A stretch of 64,000 nt of DNA from the human T2T-CHM13v2.0 reference genome, Homo sapiens, in NCBI RefSeq assembly GCF_009914755.1, contig NC_060942.1; one strand, given 5' to 3'. Numbering within the stretch: position 1 is the first letter of the stretch; each line of letters starts with the position of its first letter. The notes beneath the pieces were generated by a model. The model was not told where the DNA came from. It did not search any database and was given only the letters and a program-made list of their open reading frames with translations. Position numbers and translations under genes: made by a program. This document shows positions 1 through 15,024 of the stretch, one piece after another.

Positions 1-1562
<1,562 letters not shown>

Positions 1563-1699
1563 GCCCCTGATGGAATAGTGTAGAATAGACTTCCTTTAGC
1601 AAACCAGTCATTTGGAGGATCAATTATTAGTATTTCTTATAAGTTGTGGCTTTCATACTTGCTATCAAGGAATATTCAATCTGAATGTGATCTTAGAAG

Positions 1700-1800
1700 C
1701 TATCCGTCATTCTACGTATGAGAAAATTGAAGCTCTCGTTTATTTACCTAAAACAACACACTTAGTGGCAGAATTTGAGCAGATACTTAATTTTTCTGAT
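1700..1800 (-). mobile_element. MIR fragment
   Basis: atgagaaaattgaagctc...ttacctaaaacaacacacttagtggcaga resembles the MIR core. Confidence 0.55.
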
Positions 1801-2319
1801 TTTCTGTTGGTGTTCTTCTCAGCATATTCCATTGACTATAATAAAAACTAAACTCCATAGTCTACTTTAGTCTCAAAAAGGTAACTGATAGATAATTTTT
1901 AGTGAGTAAAGTACAAAAATGGGGAATGAATATTACCTATCCCCTGTGGTAACAGGGTAATGGGTTCACATAACAGTCCAGGTTGACATAGGCCTGGGCT
2001 TGGATCTAGCAGTGATTTTCAAATCATGGAAGAAAACACTTTGACAAGGCACATTTTCCTCTTGGCTAGCTGCAGCAACATTTGCAAATGTTCTGAAGTA
2101 TTCTTTGGATCTTAAATATGTCATGTGCATGGACAACAGGAATTAGCACTTTCTGCATTCATCCAAAATACAGGATTAGTTTCAGCCATCTTTTACACTT
2201 TTGAGAAAATCTTCCTTAAAGTGACAATAATTTAACCTCATTTCTCATTTTCTTTTGAGCCTCTACACTCTTATCTCTGAAAGCCAATAGCTTATTTTAT
2301 GTTTTCTCCTCTTGGTTAC

Positions 2320-2690
2320 TGTACTCCTCAGAATAGGGTATGTTATATACAGTGTAACAAACAACCTCCAAATCTCCTAGGCTTAAAATGAGTTTCATTT
2401 CTTGCCCATGCTACATTTCCACTCCAAGTCTTCTGGAGGTTTTCTCCTGCTTTATCCTCACCCTGGGACTCAGGCTGACTGAGCCCCACACCTTGAACAC
2501 TGTATATTGTCATGACATCAGTTCTTGCAACATTTGTCTTGAGGTAATTTTGCTACCACTGACATTTTACCTGGCAAAGTGTGTGCCACGGTCCTAACCA
2601 ACTTAAGAGGAGAAAGAAGTGTATATCATGTGCCAGGAAAAGGCAGAAGAAATATGTGGTGACCCATGCTAATGATAGCCACAGTTATAT
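2320..2690 (-). mobile_element. Old MLT1 (MaLR) LTR
   Basis: gtaacaaacaacctccaaatctc..ggcttaaa and gggactcaggctgac are typical of MLT1 on the minus strand. Confidence 0.55.
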
Positions 2691-3128
2691 TGACTTAGAC
2701 TCAAACTTAAAGTTTTGGTTGAATATTTGCTCTCATTCCACAGCTTCACTTCTTATTTGGGATATTCTAATTATTTACATTGATGATTTTTTTCCTTACT
2801 CCAAATGATTCAATGCATTACAGTGGGGAATTATTGCATGGTGTTATGTAAGAGAAACTTGTTTGAAGATTTTTTGAAAGATGATGTCAGAGGTTAAAAG
2901 AAAGCTAGAAAGAGAACTGAAAAAAAGCAAAGGGAAAGGGTGATTGGTCAAACATTAATAGAGAAGAGAGAGAATTGAAAGAGAGGCAAAATGAAAAGAA
3001 GGGAAAGGAAAGAAAGAGAAAAGTGAAAGGAGAATATATTGAAAAGAAAGAAAGCCAGTGGGAAATGAATACTGAGAGCAAAACTTGCACAGTTCAACAT
3101 GCTTAAAACTCCCTGTTGCGGGGCTCAG

Positions 3129-3160
3129 GGGGCGGGGAATGGTATGAAAACCTATAAGAC
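3129..3160 (+). promoter_or_regulatory. Candidate core promoter: GC box plus TATA-like element
   Basis: GGGGCGGGG at 3129-3137 and TATAAG at 3153-3158 in non-repeat sequence; motif evidence only. Confidence 0.3.
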
Positions 3161-3179
3161 ATTATTTAAATCTTATGAT

Positions 3180-4000
3180 GTTGTGCCCCAGGGTTGAAAC
3201 CAAGTCCTGGGCTCATCATCTCCAGTTCCCTGCTGGCTTAAAGAGAAATATGTGTGTATATATATATAGGCAATTGAACAAAAGTTCTGAATCTCAAAGC
3301 AGCTAATGAAAACACACGCACAAATTCTTGAGATTCTTCTTCTTCCCTAGGGCTCACTTTTTCTTAGAAGAAAAAAAAAATGTGAGAACCCAGCTGAGAT
3401 CTGAATTTTTCCCCCAACTCAACAGGAAAAGGAGTAGAATATTGCTGGCCCCAAAGTTCAAATACCAGGAGACCAAAATGACACTTCAATAAGTGGAGAA
3501 ATGCTTGAAAATATTTTTTGGTTGCAAGGTTTTCTTCTCTGTTCATCCCTTTATCTCTCTGATGAATGGCTTTTTAGGGGTGTATGTGTGTATGACTGAG
3601 AGAGAGAGAGTGAGAGAGAGGCAGACACAGATAGACAGAGAGAGAGAAAATGAATTAGTGATGTGCTGGCGTCCACTGACATCTAACCATGTAAGTCAAA
3701 TTAGCCATGATAGGAGTATAGTTACACCATGAAAATCACAACACCACACACACACGTGCACACACACACATAAATCAGGTTTATTTGTTTTTCAGAGAGT
3801 TTGTTGCTAAACATTTACCAGCACACCCTAAAGAGAGGAGAAAAAAATATGTGAAGAAAAAGAAAAAAGGAGAAATCAAAGAAAGAGAAAGCAAAAAGAG
3901 CATATTTGGATGTGGAAGAAGAAAAAGACAAGTTGAACTGTCTTAAATTCCAGCCCATGAAAGCCTTCCTTTTTTTAAATAAAGTTTTTGTTTTGTTTTG
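3180..4000 (+). ncRNA. Candidate short spliced, polyadenylated lncRNA
   Basis: Donor CAT|GTAAGT at 3691; acceptor tttatttgtttttcag ending at 3795; purine-rich exon; AATAAA at 3978-3983 followed by a GT/T-rich tract. Confidence 0.35.
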
Positions 4001-6019
4001 GTCTGGAATGTTTTTCTTTTAGTTTTTCATTTCTTTTTAACCAGTTATAGGCAAATGAGAGTTAAAGAACTATCCATGCACCTAGCTGAGAAACAGCTCT
4101 GCTTCTCTGCAGAGACTGAGTCTTTAAGGGTGAAAAACAGACAGCAAACTGCGGCAGATACATGTTTTGGTCCGACCGAGCATTAGACACATTAGTCCTC
4201 TCACCTGAAAGGCAAGCAGATTGCCCACTCCATCTGATCTTAGAAATATTGGAGTAAAATATTAGTGATGCTTATATCCCACCATGGAAACTTCTATTCT
4301 TTAAAAAATTGATCTCTGTATTTAAAATGCAAAATATCTGACTCATTAACACTTTAAACATTTACATCTAAGTCTGAATGAACATCTGATGTTTTTATAC
4401 ATGGGAAAAAGAGGACTGAAAAATTCAAATGCAAAATTTTTTCATTTTACTTTTTCCTAGGACATTCAGATGACCCACTTATTAATATCCATAAAAGGGG
4501 AGAAAATACAAATAGACACACAGGATGGTGTTGATTTCAGATTTAAAATTAAATCAGTCAAAATAAAAGAACAAATTGTAGATTACTGCTTTGTTTTGTT
4601 ATGTTTTGTTTTTTTCTTTAAAAAGGCTGAGGAAATTTATCAATACATGGGATGGAGAGTAAGATAGCCATCTCAAGGATATATATACTTTCCTACGTTT
4701 TCCTTAGCTGGGCTCACTGCAGTTTCACTCTACAGGTGGAAACACCCCAAAATAACAACTCAATTGCATAGCAAACCAGCCTGAAAATTACTACAGTAAG
4801 ATCCCTTGTCTCCAAGGAGGCCAGAGGCCAGATGACTTCCAAAATTCCCAAATCTAAAGTTCTCTCCCCACTTTGGAGTACAGGCAGCAGGTAGCGTCCA
4901 GGGTGTGGTTCCCGGGTGGGTGTGTGTGTCCTCAGATTGAAACAGGAGTGCAAAGGAGGCCACAGGAACTATAGCTGGCCATGTGAATCAAAACAAAAGA
5001 ATAAGCACATATTGACATGGATTCAAATAATATGATAGAAAATCTCCAAAACAAAGAAAGATGCTCTCTGCTTCTCAGACTCATCTTTTACAAAATGAGC
5101 CTACCCCAAATTTTGTTTTCAACTCTAGCATTTTGGGCTGTCACAGGATGAGAACTCAGAAAAATCAGTGTGTGATTACCAGAAATCCTGGGGTTATTCT
5201 GTTGCGATTTCTTAGAATTACATAAAAGGACCTTGAAAGTTCCATTCCTTGCCTCCAGGGTAGGCAGGTGAGCATCAAACCAAAAACAAACAAAAACAGA
5301 AGAGATTTCATCTCTTCCCCTGCTAAACCATATCAATGTTTAATAACTTCCATCTACGTTTTAACATTTTCTTTCCTGCTTTCTTCTTATTGCAGAAGCA
5401 TAGTGCTCATGTTTTCTTTGCTGTTGTTTGGCGAGATGCAGAAACCTGAGCATTCTTGTTACACACTGTGTGTATATATGTGTGTGCGTGTGTGTGCCTG
5501 TTTATTTTTCTAATGAGTATGTTTGAAGGAGGTGGTAACCCACACAAAGTCTAGAACAGTACTGGACACACACAACACGTTCATTAGTTAGCTGCGGACT
5601 AAGCAACTGAACCTGAACCCTTTGCTCCTAGCAGGTTACTCCACTTGTTTTGATGATCTCTTGCTCATTTTGAGCTTGGCTACAGCAATCTGCATCTCCC
5701 CATCTTATCCAGGCTTCCTCTGCATCCCCTAACTCCATATAGGCGCACACACACACATGTCTTTGCCTCTCTTAACCTTAACCATTTCTAAAAACCTCCC
5801 TTAGACTCCACTCCACACGGGAACCCCCTACTCCCGGGCATCTGTCTTCCTTTGAACCCTGCTGGAGTACATTCTCTTCTTAGGACTAATTGGTCATCTA
5901 CAGTATGCCTTGAGCTACAATTTGATGCTGTTTCCATGCAGGTCTTATTTCTTCATTTACGTTATGTGAAATTCAGAAATATACACTACAGTTTATCTCT
6001 ATAGCACCCCCCGCCTCCA

Positions 6020-6095
6020 CCCGCAGTGCCTAGCTCAGGCTTATGTATATAGCAGCTTGTGATGAGTATTTGTTGAAAGAATGAAGGAAAGAATC
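6020..6095 (+). mobile_element. L2 3' end
   Basis: cagtgcctagc...agtatttgttgaaagaatgaa. Confidence 0.65.
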
Positions 6096-8549
6096 AATTC
6101 ATCACTCAGATAATCAGGTCTTTAGCTGAGTAGCAATGGGCTACTATTTCAAAGATATAATAATTGTCTTTCACACAATCTTTTGTGGAGAGAATATACA
6201 ATCTGTGTGATTAGGAAAGTCTTTCTCCCACTTGATTACCTATTTTAAGTAAAATTTACACCATTTCTTGAGGTTTTCTGCTCAGATTAGATCAAATTCA
6301 ATTGGCTTCTTGATTTACACCCCTATTAGTTTCTGCCTCTGTGATGCATATTATGTATACAAAGAAAAATGTCAAAGTCTTTGCCCCCAAAGAATTCATG
6401 TTACTATGTGGAGGATAGGAAAAAACATGCTGTTGGACACTGAAAAAGGAATACTCTCCAGGCTATGCCTTGGAGTGGGCCAGGGAAGAACTCAAAATGG
6501 TTTGCTTATTTAGTTTATATTCTTTACTTGCATATAAATGGAACCTTGAAAAAAACAATCAATCTCTATGTATGAAATAAATAAACACACATTATGTAAT
6601 AAAAGAACTAAAATTCTTGTTCTTGACTAATGGTTATATAATTTCTAGTTTTCAAATATGTAGCCCAATGTGTAAAATAATGAAAGTGGAAATAATCTGG
6701 TTATGTTGGGAGAAAAGGTCTCATTCTGCTTTCTTTCTCTTTTTTGCCCAGACCCTAGTAAAGGCTCTAAAACACAATTGAAAACTCATGATCAAATAAA
6801 CACTTGGAGTGGGCATTTAAAAAATTGTTCTAAATCCTGTAGTTCAAGTAGTTGAAGTTAGACTATGTTCCTGCAATCCTAAAGTACATAATTTAGGAAA
6901 TAAAGTGCTTCTTTCCATATATTTAGGCCTTAACAAGTTTAAAAATAAAAAAAATGGAGAAAATATATATTCAATCATTAGAAAATAGAGGGACAAATCT
7001 CATAATTCCAAGAAGTGATATAAAGAAAATACTGAATATATAATAAGATAATTGTAGCTGATAGCACTAAAGTGGACCATCAAGAAACCTCTCCAAAGAC
7101 TACCCCTCCAAATGTTGAGCTGTTGTTGCCATGAAGAACAATTATTTCCCAAAATAGGGGTACAATTTTTATCAGAGTTATGGCCCACGACCGAAAGAAT
7201 TGTGTGGCTGACTTGGAAACATTTTCTATGTTTCTGAATATTCATAAGTTGAAAAATTAAAATTAAGATGGACAGAAACACTGCCTTGTTTGTTGTTCTG
7301 TTGTTGTTATTTACTCCCAAGTAATATTTTCTCTTTTTTTGCCTGCTATATTTTAAGTGAAGATGTTTTTCCTTTAAAGGTGTGTTAGTCTGTTCTTACA
7401 TTGCTATAAAGAATTACTGAGACTGAGTAACTTATAAGGAAAATAGGTTTAACTGGCTCACAGTTCTGCAAGCTGTATAGGAAGCACGGCTCGGGAGGCC
7501 TCAAGAAACTTACATTTGTGGAGGAAGGTGAAGAGGAAGGAGTCACATCTTACATGGCTGAAGCAGAAGAAGAGAGAGAAGGGGGAAGTGCTACACACTT
7601 TAAAACAATCAGATCTTGTGAGAACTCACTCACTATCATGAGAACAGCAAAGGTGATGTCCACCTTTATGAACCAATTACCTCCCACCAGGCCCCTCTTC
7701 CAACATTGAGGATTACAATTTGACCTAAGATTTGGGTGGGGACATGAATTCAAACCATATTATTCTGCCCCTGGCCCTTCCCAAATCTCATGTCCTTCTC
7801 ATCACAGAATACAATCATCCCTTCTCAACAGTCCCCCTCAGCATAAACCCAAAAGTTCACAGTTCAAAGTCTAATCTGAGTCAAGGAAAATACCTTCTGC
7901 TTATGAACCTGTGAAATAAAAAGCAAGTTACTTACCTCAAATATACAATGGGGGTACAGGCATTGGGTAAATATACCCATTCCAAATGAGAGAAATTGGC
8001 CAAAACAGAGGGGCTGCAGACTCCATGCAAGTCCAAAACCCAGCAGGGCAGTCATTAAATTTTAAAGCTCCAAAATAATCTCCTTTGACTCTAAGTCTCA
8101 CATCCAGGCCACACTGATGCAAGAGATGGAGCTCCCAAGGCCTTGGGGAGCTCCACCCCAGTGGCTCTGCAGGGTACAGCCCCCTCAGCTGATATTACAG
8201 GCTGGCATTGAGTGCTTGTGGCTTTTCCAGGTGCACAGTATAAACTGTCAGTGGATCTACCATTCTCTCTAGGAGGGAGGATGGTTGCCCTCTTCTCACA
8301 GTTCCACTAGGTAGTGCCCCTGTGTCCGGGGGGAGGGGGGCAAACCCACATTTTGCCTCTGCACTGAAGCAGAGGAAAATCTGCCCTTGGAGCAGGTTTC
8401 TGTCTGAACATCCAGGATTTTCATACATCCTCTGAAATCCAGGCAGAGGCTCCCAAGCCTCAACGCTTGCCCTCTGTGTACCTGCAGGCTTAACACCGCA
8501 TGGACGCCAACAACGCCTACAACTTGCAGCCTCTGGATCAGTGGCCTGA

Positions 8550-9021
<472 letters not shown>

Positions 9022-9110
9022 TGAAATGTCTTTGGGGCATTTTTTCCCACTGTCTTGTTTGTTAACATGTGGCTCCTGTTCACTTATGCAAATTTTTGCA
9101 GCTGGCTTGA

Positions 9111-9425
<315 letters not shown>

Positions 9426-9705
9426 GAAAATGGATTTTTATTTTCTACCACATGGTCAGGTTGCAAATTGTCTAAACTGTTATGATCTGCTTCCCTTTTA
9501 AATATAAGTTCCAGTTTCAGATAATCTCTTTGCTCACGCATATGATCATACACTGTTAGAAGCAGCCAGGCCCATCTTGAATGCTCTGCTGCTTAGAAAT
9601 TCCTTCCATCAAATACCCTAAATCATCATGTTCAAGTTCAAATTTCATAGCTCCCTACAGCAGGCGCACACTGTCACCAGTCTCTTTGCTAAAGCATAGC
9701 AGAGT

Positions 9706-11077
9706 TGAGAGGTGACAACATGCTGGCGGCTCCCGCTCACTCTCGACGCCTCCTCGGCCTTGGCGCCCACTCTGGTCATGCTTGAGGAGCCCTTCAGACC
9801 GCCGCTGCACTGTGGAGCCCCTGTCTGGGCTGGCCAAGGCTGGAGCGGCTCCCTCTGCTTGGGGGGAGGTGTGGAGGGAGAGGCGTGGGTGGGAACTGGG
9901 GCAACGCGCAGCGCTCATGGGCCAGCACAAGTTCCAGGTGGGTGTGGGCTCGGCGGGACCGCAATCAGAGCGTCCGGTCTGAGCTGCCGGCCCAGGGTAG
10001 TGAGGGGCTTAGCACCAAGGCCAGCAGCTGCTGAGGGGGCTCCGGGTGCCCCATCACTGCTGGCCTGCCCGTGCCATGCTTGAATTCTTGCCAGGCCTCA
10101 GCTGCTTCCCTGCAGGGCAGGGCTCAGGACCTGCAGCCCGCCATGCCCAAGCCTCCCCAACCCTCCCCCCACCCCGTGGGTTCCTGCGTGGCCCAAGCCT
10201 CCCCAACAAGCACCGCCTCCTGCTCTGTGGCGCCGGGTCCCATCGACCGCCCAAGGGCTGAGGAGTGCAGGCATGAAGCGCGGTACTGGCAGGCAGCTCC
10301 GCCTGTGGCCCTGGTGCAGGATCCGCTAGGTGAAGCCAGCTGGGCTCTTGAGTCTAGCTGGGACTTGGAGAACCTTTATGCATAGCTGGAGGATTGTATA
10401 CACACCAATCAGCACCCTGAGTCTAGCTTAAGGTTTGTAAATGTACCAATCAGTGCTCTGTGTCTAGCTAATCTAGTGGGGACTTGGAGAACTTTTGTTT
10501 CTAGCTCAGGGATTGTAAACGCACCAAACTGCACCCTGTCAAAACGGACCAATCAGCTCTCTGTAAAATGGACCAATCAGCAGGACGTGGGTGGGGCCAC
10601 ATAAGGGAATAAAAGCAGGCTGCCCCAGCCAGCAGTGGCAACCCTCTCAGGGTCCTCTTCCGCACTGTGGAAGCTTTGTTCTTTCGCTCTTTGCAATAAA
10701 TCTTGCTGCTGCTCGCTTTTTGGGTCCGCACGTTCTTTATGAGCTGTAACACTCAGCACGAAGGTCTGCAGCTTCACTCCTGAGGCCAGCAAGACCACGA
10801 ACCCACCGGGAGGAATAAACAACTCCAGATGGGAGTATTGAACAACTACAGACGCGCTGCCTTAAGAGCTGTAACATTCACGGGAAGGTCTGCAGCTTCA
10901 CTCCTGAAGCCAGCGAGACCACCAACCCACCAGAAGGAAGAAACTCCGAATACGTGTGAACATCAGAAGGAACAAACTTTGGACACACCATCTTTAAGAA
11001 CTGTGACACTCACCGCGAGGGTCTGCAGCTTCATTCTTGAAGTCAGTGAGACAAGGAACCCACCAATTTGGGACACA
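9706..11077 (+). mobile_element. LTR12 (HERV9/ERV-9) solo LTR, LTR12D/E-like
   Basis: TGAGAGGTGACAAC...GGACACA termini; perfect 4-bp TSD GAGT (9702-9705 and 11078-11081); GC/CpG-rich U3, CCAAT repeats, U5 repeats ggtctgcagcttcactcctga. Confidence 0.96.
10400..10650 (+). promoter_or_regulatory. LTR12 enhancer/promoter (NF-Y boxes, GC box, AATAAAA TATA-equivalent)
   Basis: CCAATC at ~10405, 10446, 10549 and 10573; gggtggggc; AATAAAA at 10608-10614. Confidence 0.7.
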
Positions 11078-12840
11078 GAGTGACCTTTACTCCAGTTCCT
11101 AGTAAATTTCTCATCTCATCTGAGACCTCCTCAGCCTGGACTTTATTTTCGTATCACTATCAGCATTTTGGTCACAACCATTCAACACAACTCTAGGAAG
11201 TTCCAAACTTTCTTTCGTCTTCCTGTTTTCTTTTGAACCCCACAAACTGTTCCAACCTCTGCCCATTACCCAGTTCTAAAGCTCCTTCCATGTTTTCAGG
11301 TATCTTATTAGCAATGCCTCACTTCCTGGTACCAATTTTCTGTGTTAGTTCGTTCTTACACTGCTATAAAGAACTACCTGAGAATGGGTAATTTATAAAG
11401 AAAAGGGTTTTAATTGACTCACAGTTCTGCAGGCTGTACAGGAAGCATGGCTAAGGAGGCCTCAGGAAACTTACAATTATGGCAGAAGGTGAAGGAGAAG
11501 CAGACAGATCTTACATGGCCAAACAAGGAGGAAGAGGGCAAAGAAGTTGTTGCCACACACTTCTTTAAACAACTGGATATCATGAGAACTCGCTTAGTAT
11601 CACGAGAACAGCAAGAGGAAAGTCCTCTCCCATGATCCAATCATCTCTCCCCAGGCTCCTCCTCCAACAGTGGAGGTTACAATTTGGCATGAGATTTGTG
11701 TGGGTGCACTAATCTAAACTATATCATATAGCCACTGTGACCACAAAGTCAATCATAGTATAAGCATATTTAAGTCACACATTCATTATAGATCTTGTCT
11801 TCACAGGCCCTCCCTGGGTCACAACTTCAAGATTTTAGATAAAGAGGTCAAGCTGGCTTGGGTGTGCATGCAATTCATAAGGGTCAGAAGAAAAGACAGT
11901 TGGCTCTGCCCTTTCCTGAACTATAAAACCAGCCATAGTCCTCTGAAGGAGGTGTGTGCTTGAGATTTTGATCCATTGTGCTGTAATTAATGACTTAGGG
12001 GGAAAGGCATTAAGATGTAGGTTTGAAACTGCAAATTACTAGAACAACTGCCTGTTTCATATTCTGCTATTTACAAACTGTGGTGGGGGAAAACAGTAAC
12101 AACCTATAAGGAATCTTGAAAAAAGAAACTGCGTGACAGAGGAGATCATTGTTCTCTGTATTGCAACACACATTCAGAGGCCCTTGAAGTGAAATAACTT
12201 AGATATTTTTTTCTTTTTTGTTTGTTTTCTGTTTTTCCCTTTGGGCCGTCTACAAGTGAACCAGTCTAAATTGGTTTAATCAATCAATAGGAATTTGCAA
12301 TTCTATGCTAAGTGCAACAACAGATAGTAAAAGACTATAAAATACAAAGAGGTATTCTGTGAAATTGGGGCATACAAGAGACAGGCTTCCCCTGCTCCTT
12401 TGATCAGTCTCTCAGATATCTCCTAGGGCTTGAATACCAGACATGTCACCACTTCCAAATACTTCAATATTGGCTACCAGAGGAGAAAGATTCACTTCTG
12501 GTCTGTCATTCTAATATGGTCTTTAGACCCATGGGGCTAAGTGATAAAGGTTCACAAGTCTTCTGTAATATTGAAAACAAACAAACAAACAAGAAAACAC
12601 TAAATTAAAGCCTTTTTCAGGTAACTAAGAAAAACCTGCTCAGACTTAGATCAATGTCAGGCTTCTTTGCTTTGTGTAAAGTAACAACTCATTGGAATAA
12701 CTCTGGTTGAAGTGATATAGCTTGTGCTGATCAAAAAATTTGGAGAGTATATACCTATGATTAGTAAAAATGTCAAAAAGCCTATTGCTAAATAATTTAA
12801 AATGTGGAGTCCTCAGTGGAAAAATTATCTGTGTGCCTAT

Positions 12841-13375
12841 TATTGGGGTTCAGAAAACAATACCCAAAAATATGACAATGTGCTCTTCCAAACAAAGCAC
12901 AGGATTTAGGCTTTTCTCTGAAATTTCCTTATCTACTTTAAGACTGGACCTGCCAAAGGAACCCAACTGCCCTCCATTCCCTCTCTGAAATCTCATTACC
13001 TATCACAGAAAAGAAGACAGGAATGCAACCATATCTGGAGGGACATTTTTATAAGATAATGTCTCTCAGCCTTATTTGAATTCCAAAGAGAATCATTTCC
13101 AAGTTAATTTTTGTCTGTTGAGTCCATTCATTCCCCCTAAAAATCATTTACTACCCCTCAAAATTGCTACAACCTTGATTGCCCCTTCTCCTGAGAAGGT
13201 TATATAAATACCTGGACCTCATTGAGTTATTGGGCCATCATTCTCCTGTGATTCCCTCTTACTCCTGCACATTAAATAAATGTTGTATGCCTTTTTGTAT
13301 TATTAATCTGCCTATTTTCAGTTTATTTTCAGCAAACCTTTAGAGGGCAGAGGGGAAGCTTTCTTTACTCCTACA
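12841..13375 (+). mobile_element. MER39/MER34-family ERV1 solo LTR
   Basis: tattggggttcagaaaacaatacccaaaaatatg start; aataaa; ...ggggaagctttctttactcctaca end; flanks ctat/gtat. Confidence 0.75.
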
Positions 13376-13379
13376 GTAT

Positions 13380-13851
13380 ATACCAATGAGATTTACAGAG
13401 GCAAAATGAGAACTTTATTTTCTAAAAGCAATCTGCAGACTGGGGAGATGCAGCCTTCAGTGCAAACCAAAATACACACCGAAGAGGAGTCAAGGAGTAG
13501 AAAATTATTATAAAGGCAAAAACCATAGGATGGAAGGGAATCAGTTGTAGACTCTAGGTTGGATGGCCCTTAAGCAAGACATCACAAGACTCTATTGACT
13601 GGCTTAGGTGGTCTGTGGGTGGTCAGTTGAGGAATTTTCACCAGCAATCTATCTTAGGATAAATAACAGAAACTGGTTTAGTTTGATTGCAGAAAGAGGT
13701 CCTGTGACACTTTTAAAACATTTTCCCAAGAATACAGAGTATGTGATCCCTTCCTCACCCAGCCTTGGCTGCCTGGTTCTGTTTTAACCTTGAGCACCTC
13801 AGTTAGCCAAGAGAAGTCCATTTTGTCCATCAGCCAAGAGCATATTTTAAC
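13380..13851 (-). mobile_element. ERV1 (MER4-group) LTR, possibly MER67-like; host of the MER39 insertion
   Basis: Reverse strand begins TGTTAAAATATGC...GGACAAAATGGAC...GGCTAACTGAGGTGCTCAAGGTTAAAACAGAACCAGG; reverse AATAAA at ~13415. Confidence 0.6.
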
Positions 13852-13984
13852 AGTGTGTGGAATAGAAACCCAAACCCTAAGTGAATCCTTCTTTATATGA
13901 GTCTCTTTGTACCATTTTCTCTACTCTCCAGCTCAGACATGAATTTAAATTTTCCTTTTTGCCCCAATTTTTATCTATAGATTC

Positions 13985-14488
13985 CTCAAAGTAGTCTGAG
14001 GAATGTGAGGTATGTAACATTTTTCATGCCCAGAGAACCATGAGCATGAGACTTCACTCACCCTCTCATCCCACACATCCATGCTTGGAGGGTAATTGTT
14101 TAAAGGCATTTGGTTTTTTTCTTTCCTTCCGTGTAGTTTCCAGACTAGCTGATAAACTTCCTAAAATATTACCCCAAGTTTTACAATGTGACTCTCACCT
14201 ATTTTCTTCATGTTCCTGGGATTTATGATACAAAGAATAATAAATAATCAACAGCTTATTATTTCAATAAACAATATACCTTATTTAAAAAATTTTTAGG
14301 AACTGCCTCTAACTTCTACTTCTTCATTTTTTCTTTGAAAATCCACTTGGAACTGCTGTAAATGCTAACAGCAGCATATATTCAGGACTACTTGAATCTA
14401 TGACTCTTGGACAGCAGTCCTCAACCTTGGCACAAATAAACTGTTCAATTATATTAATTTTGCTTCATTTTCAACCTTTAGGTGCACA
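13985..14488 (+). mobile_element. ERV1 (MER4-group) LTR
   Basis: gcagtcctcaaccttggcacaaataaact...tttaggtgcaca 3' end typical of MER4-group LTRs. Confidence 0.65.
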
Positions 14489-14491
14489 GAA

Positions 14492-15024
14492 TGTTAGAAT
14501 AGGTAGCTAGGCAGACATGAGCATGGCAGGAGAGGGCCTTCTACCCCGTGAAGGGCAACCATAGCTGGTGCCAGGAAATGGCAGTCTCCCAAAAGACAGA
14601 AAACACGCGAAACTGGTGATCAGTAGCTTCCTAAGATCTCAGGAGTTTGGTGAGCAGGCTTAAGTATGCACAGTAAAAGGCAAAATGGTAGAGTTTAATT
14701 GGTATATGACCTTCCTCTAGGAACACTCCACTGGTAAGGGAAAAATGCCTCAAATGAGCATGTGCACAATTGCAGTAAACACTGTGCATGCAGCCCCTCT
14801 CAAGTGCTGACAGACCACTGCACGTATGTACAGATAGCCAGCCCAAAAAAAAATCAAGGGAGATGAAATGCAAACCCCAGAACCACGCCAATGTATAAAA
14901 CCCCAAGTCAAGGGTCGGATGGAGAGCACGTGGATCTCTCAAGTCACCCACTTGGCCCTTTTCCATGTTTACTTTACTTCTTTTCATTCCTACTGTAAAA
15001 CTTTTTAATAAGCTTTCACTCCTG
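14492..15024 (+). mobile_element. MER50 LTR, 3'-truncated
   Basis: tgttagaataggtagctaggcagacatgagcatggcaggagagggcc start; tataaaaccccaagtcaa TATA region. Confidence 0.8.

Noticed and set aside
10340-11045. Repeat-spacer-like periodicity suggestive of an array
   Set aside because: These are the known U3 and U5 internal tandem repeats of LTR12; eukaryotic context, no cas genes, not CRISPR
9655-11083. Cluster of GC-rich ORFs and CpG-island-like sequence
   Set aside because: Entirely within the LTR12 solo LTR; stop-poor because of GC content, not a gene or host CpG island
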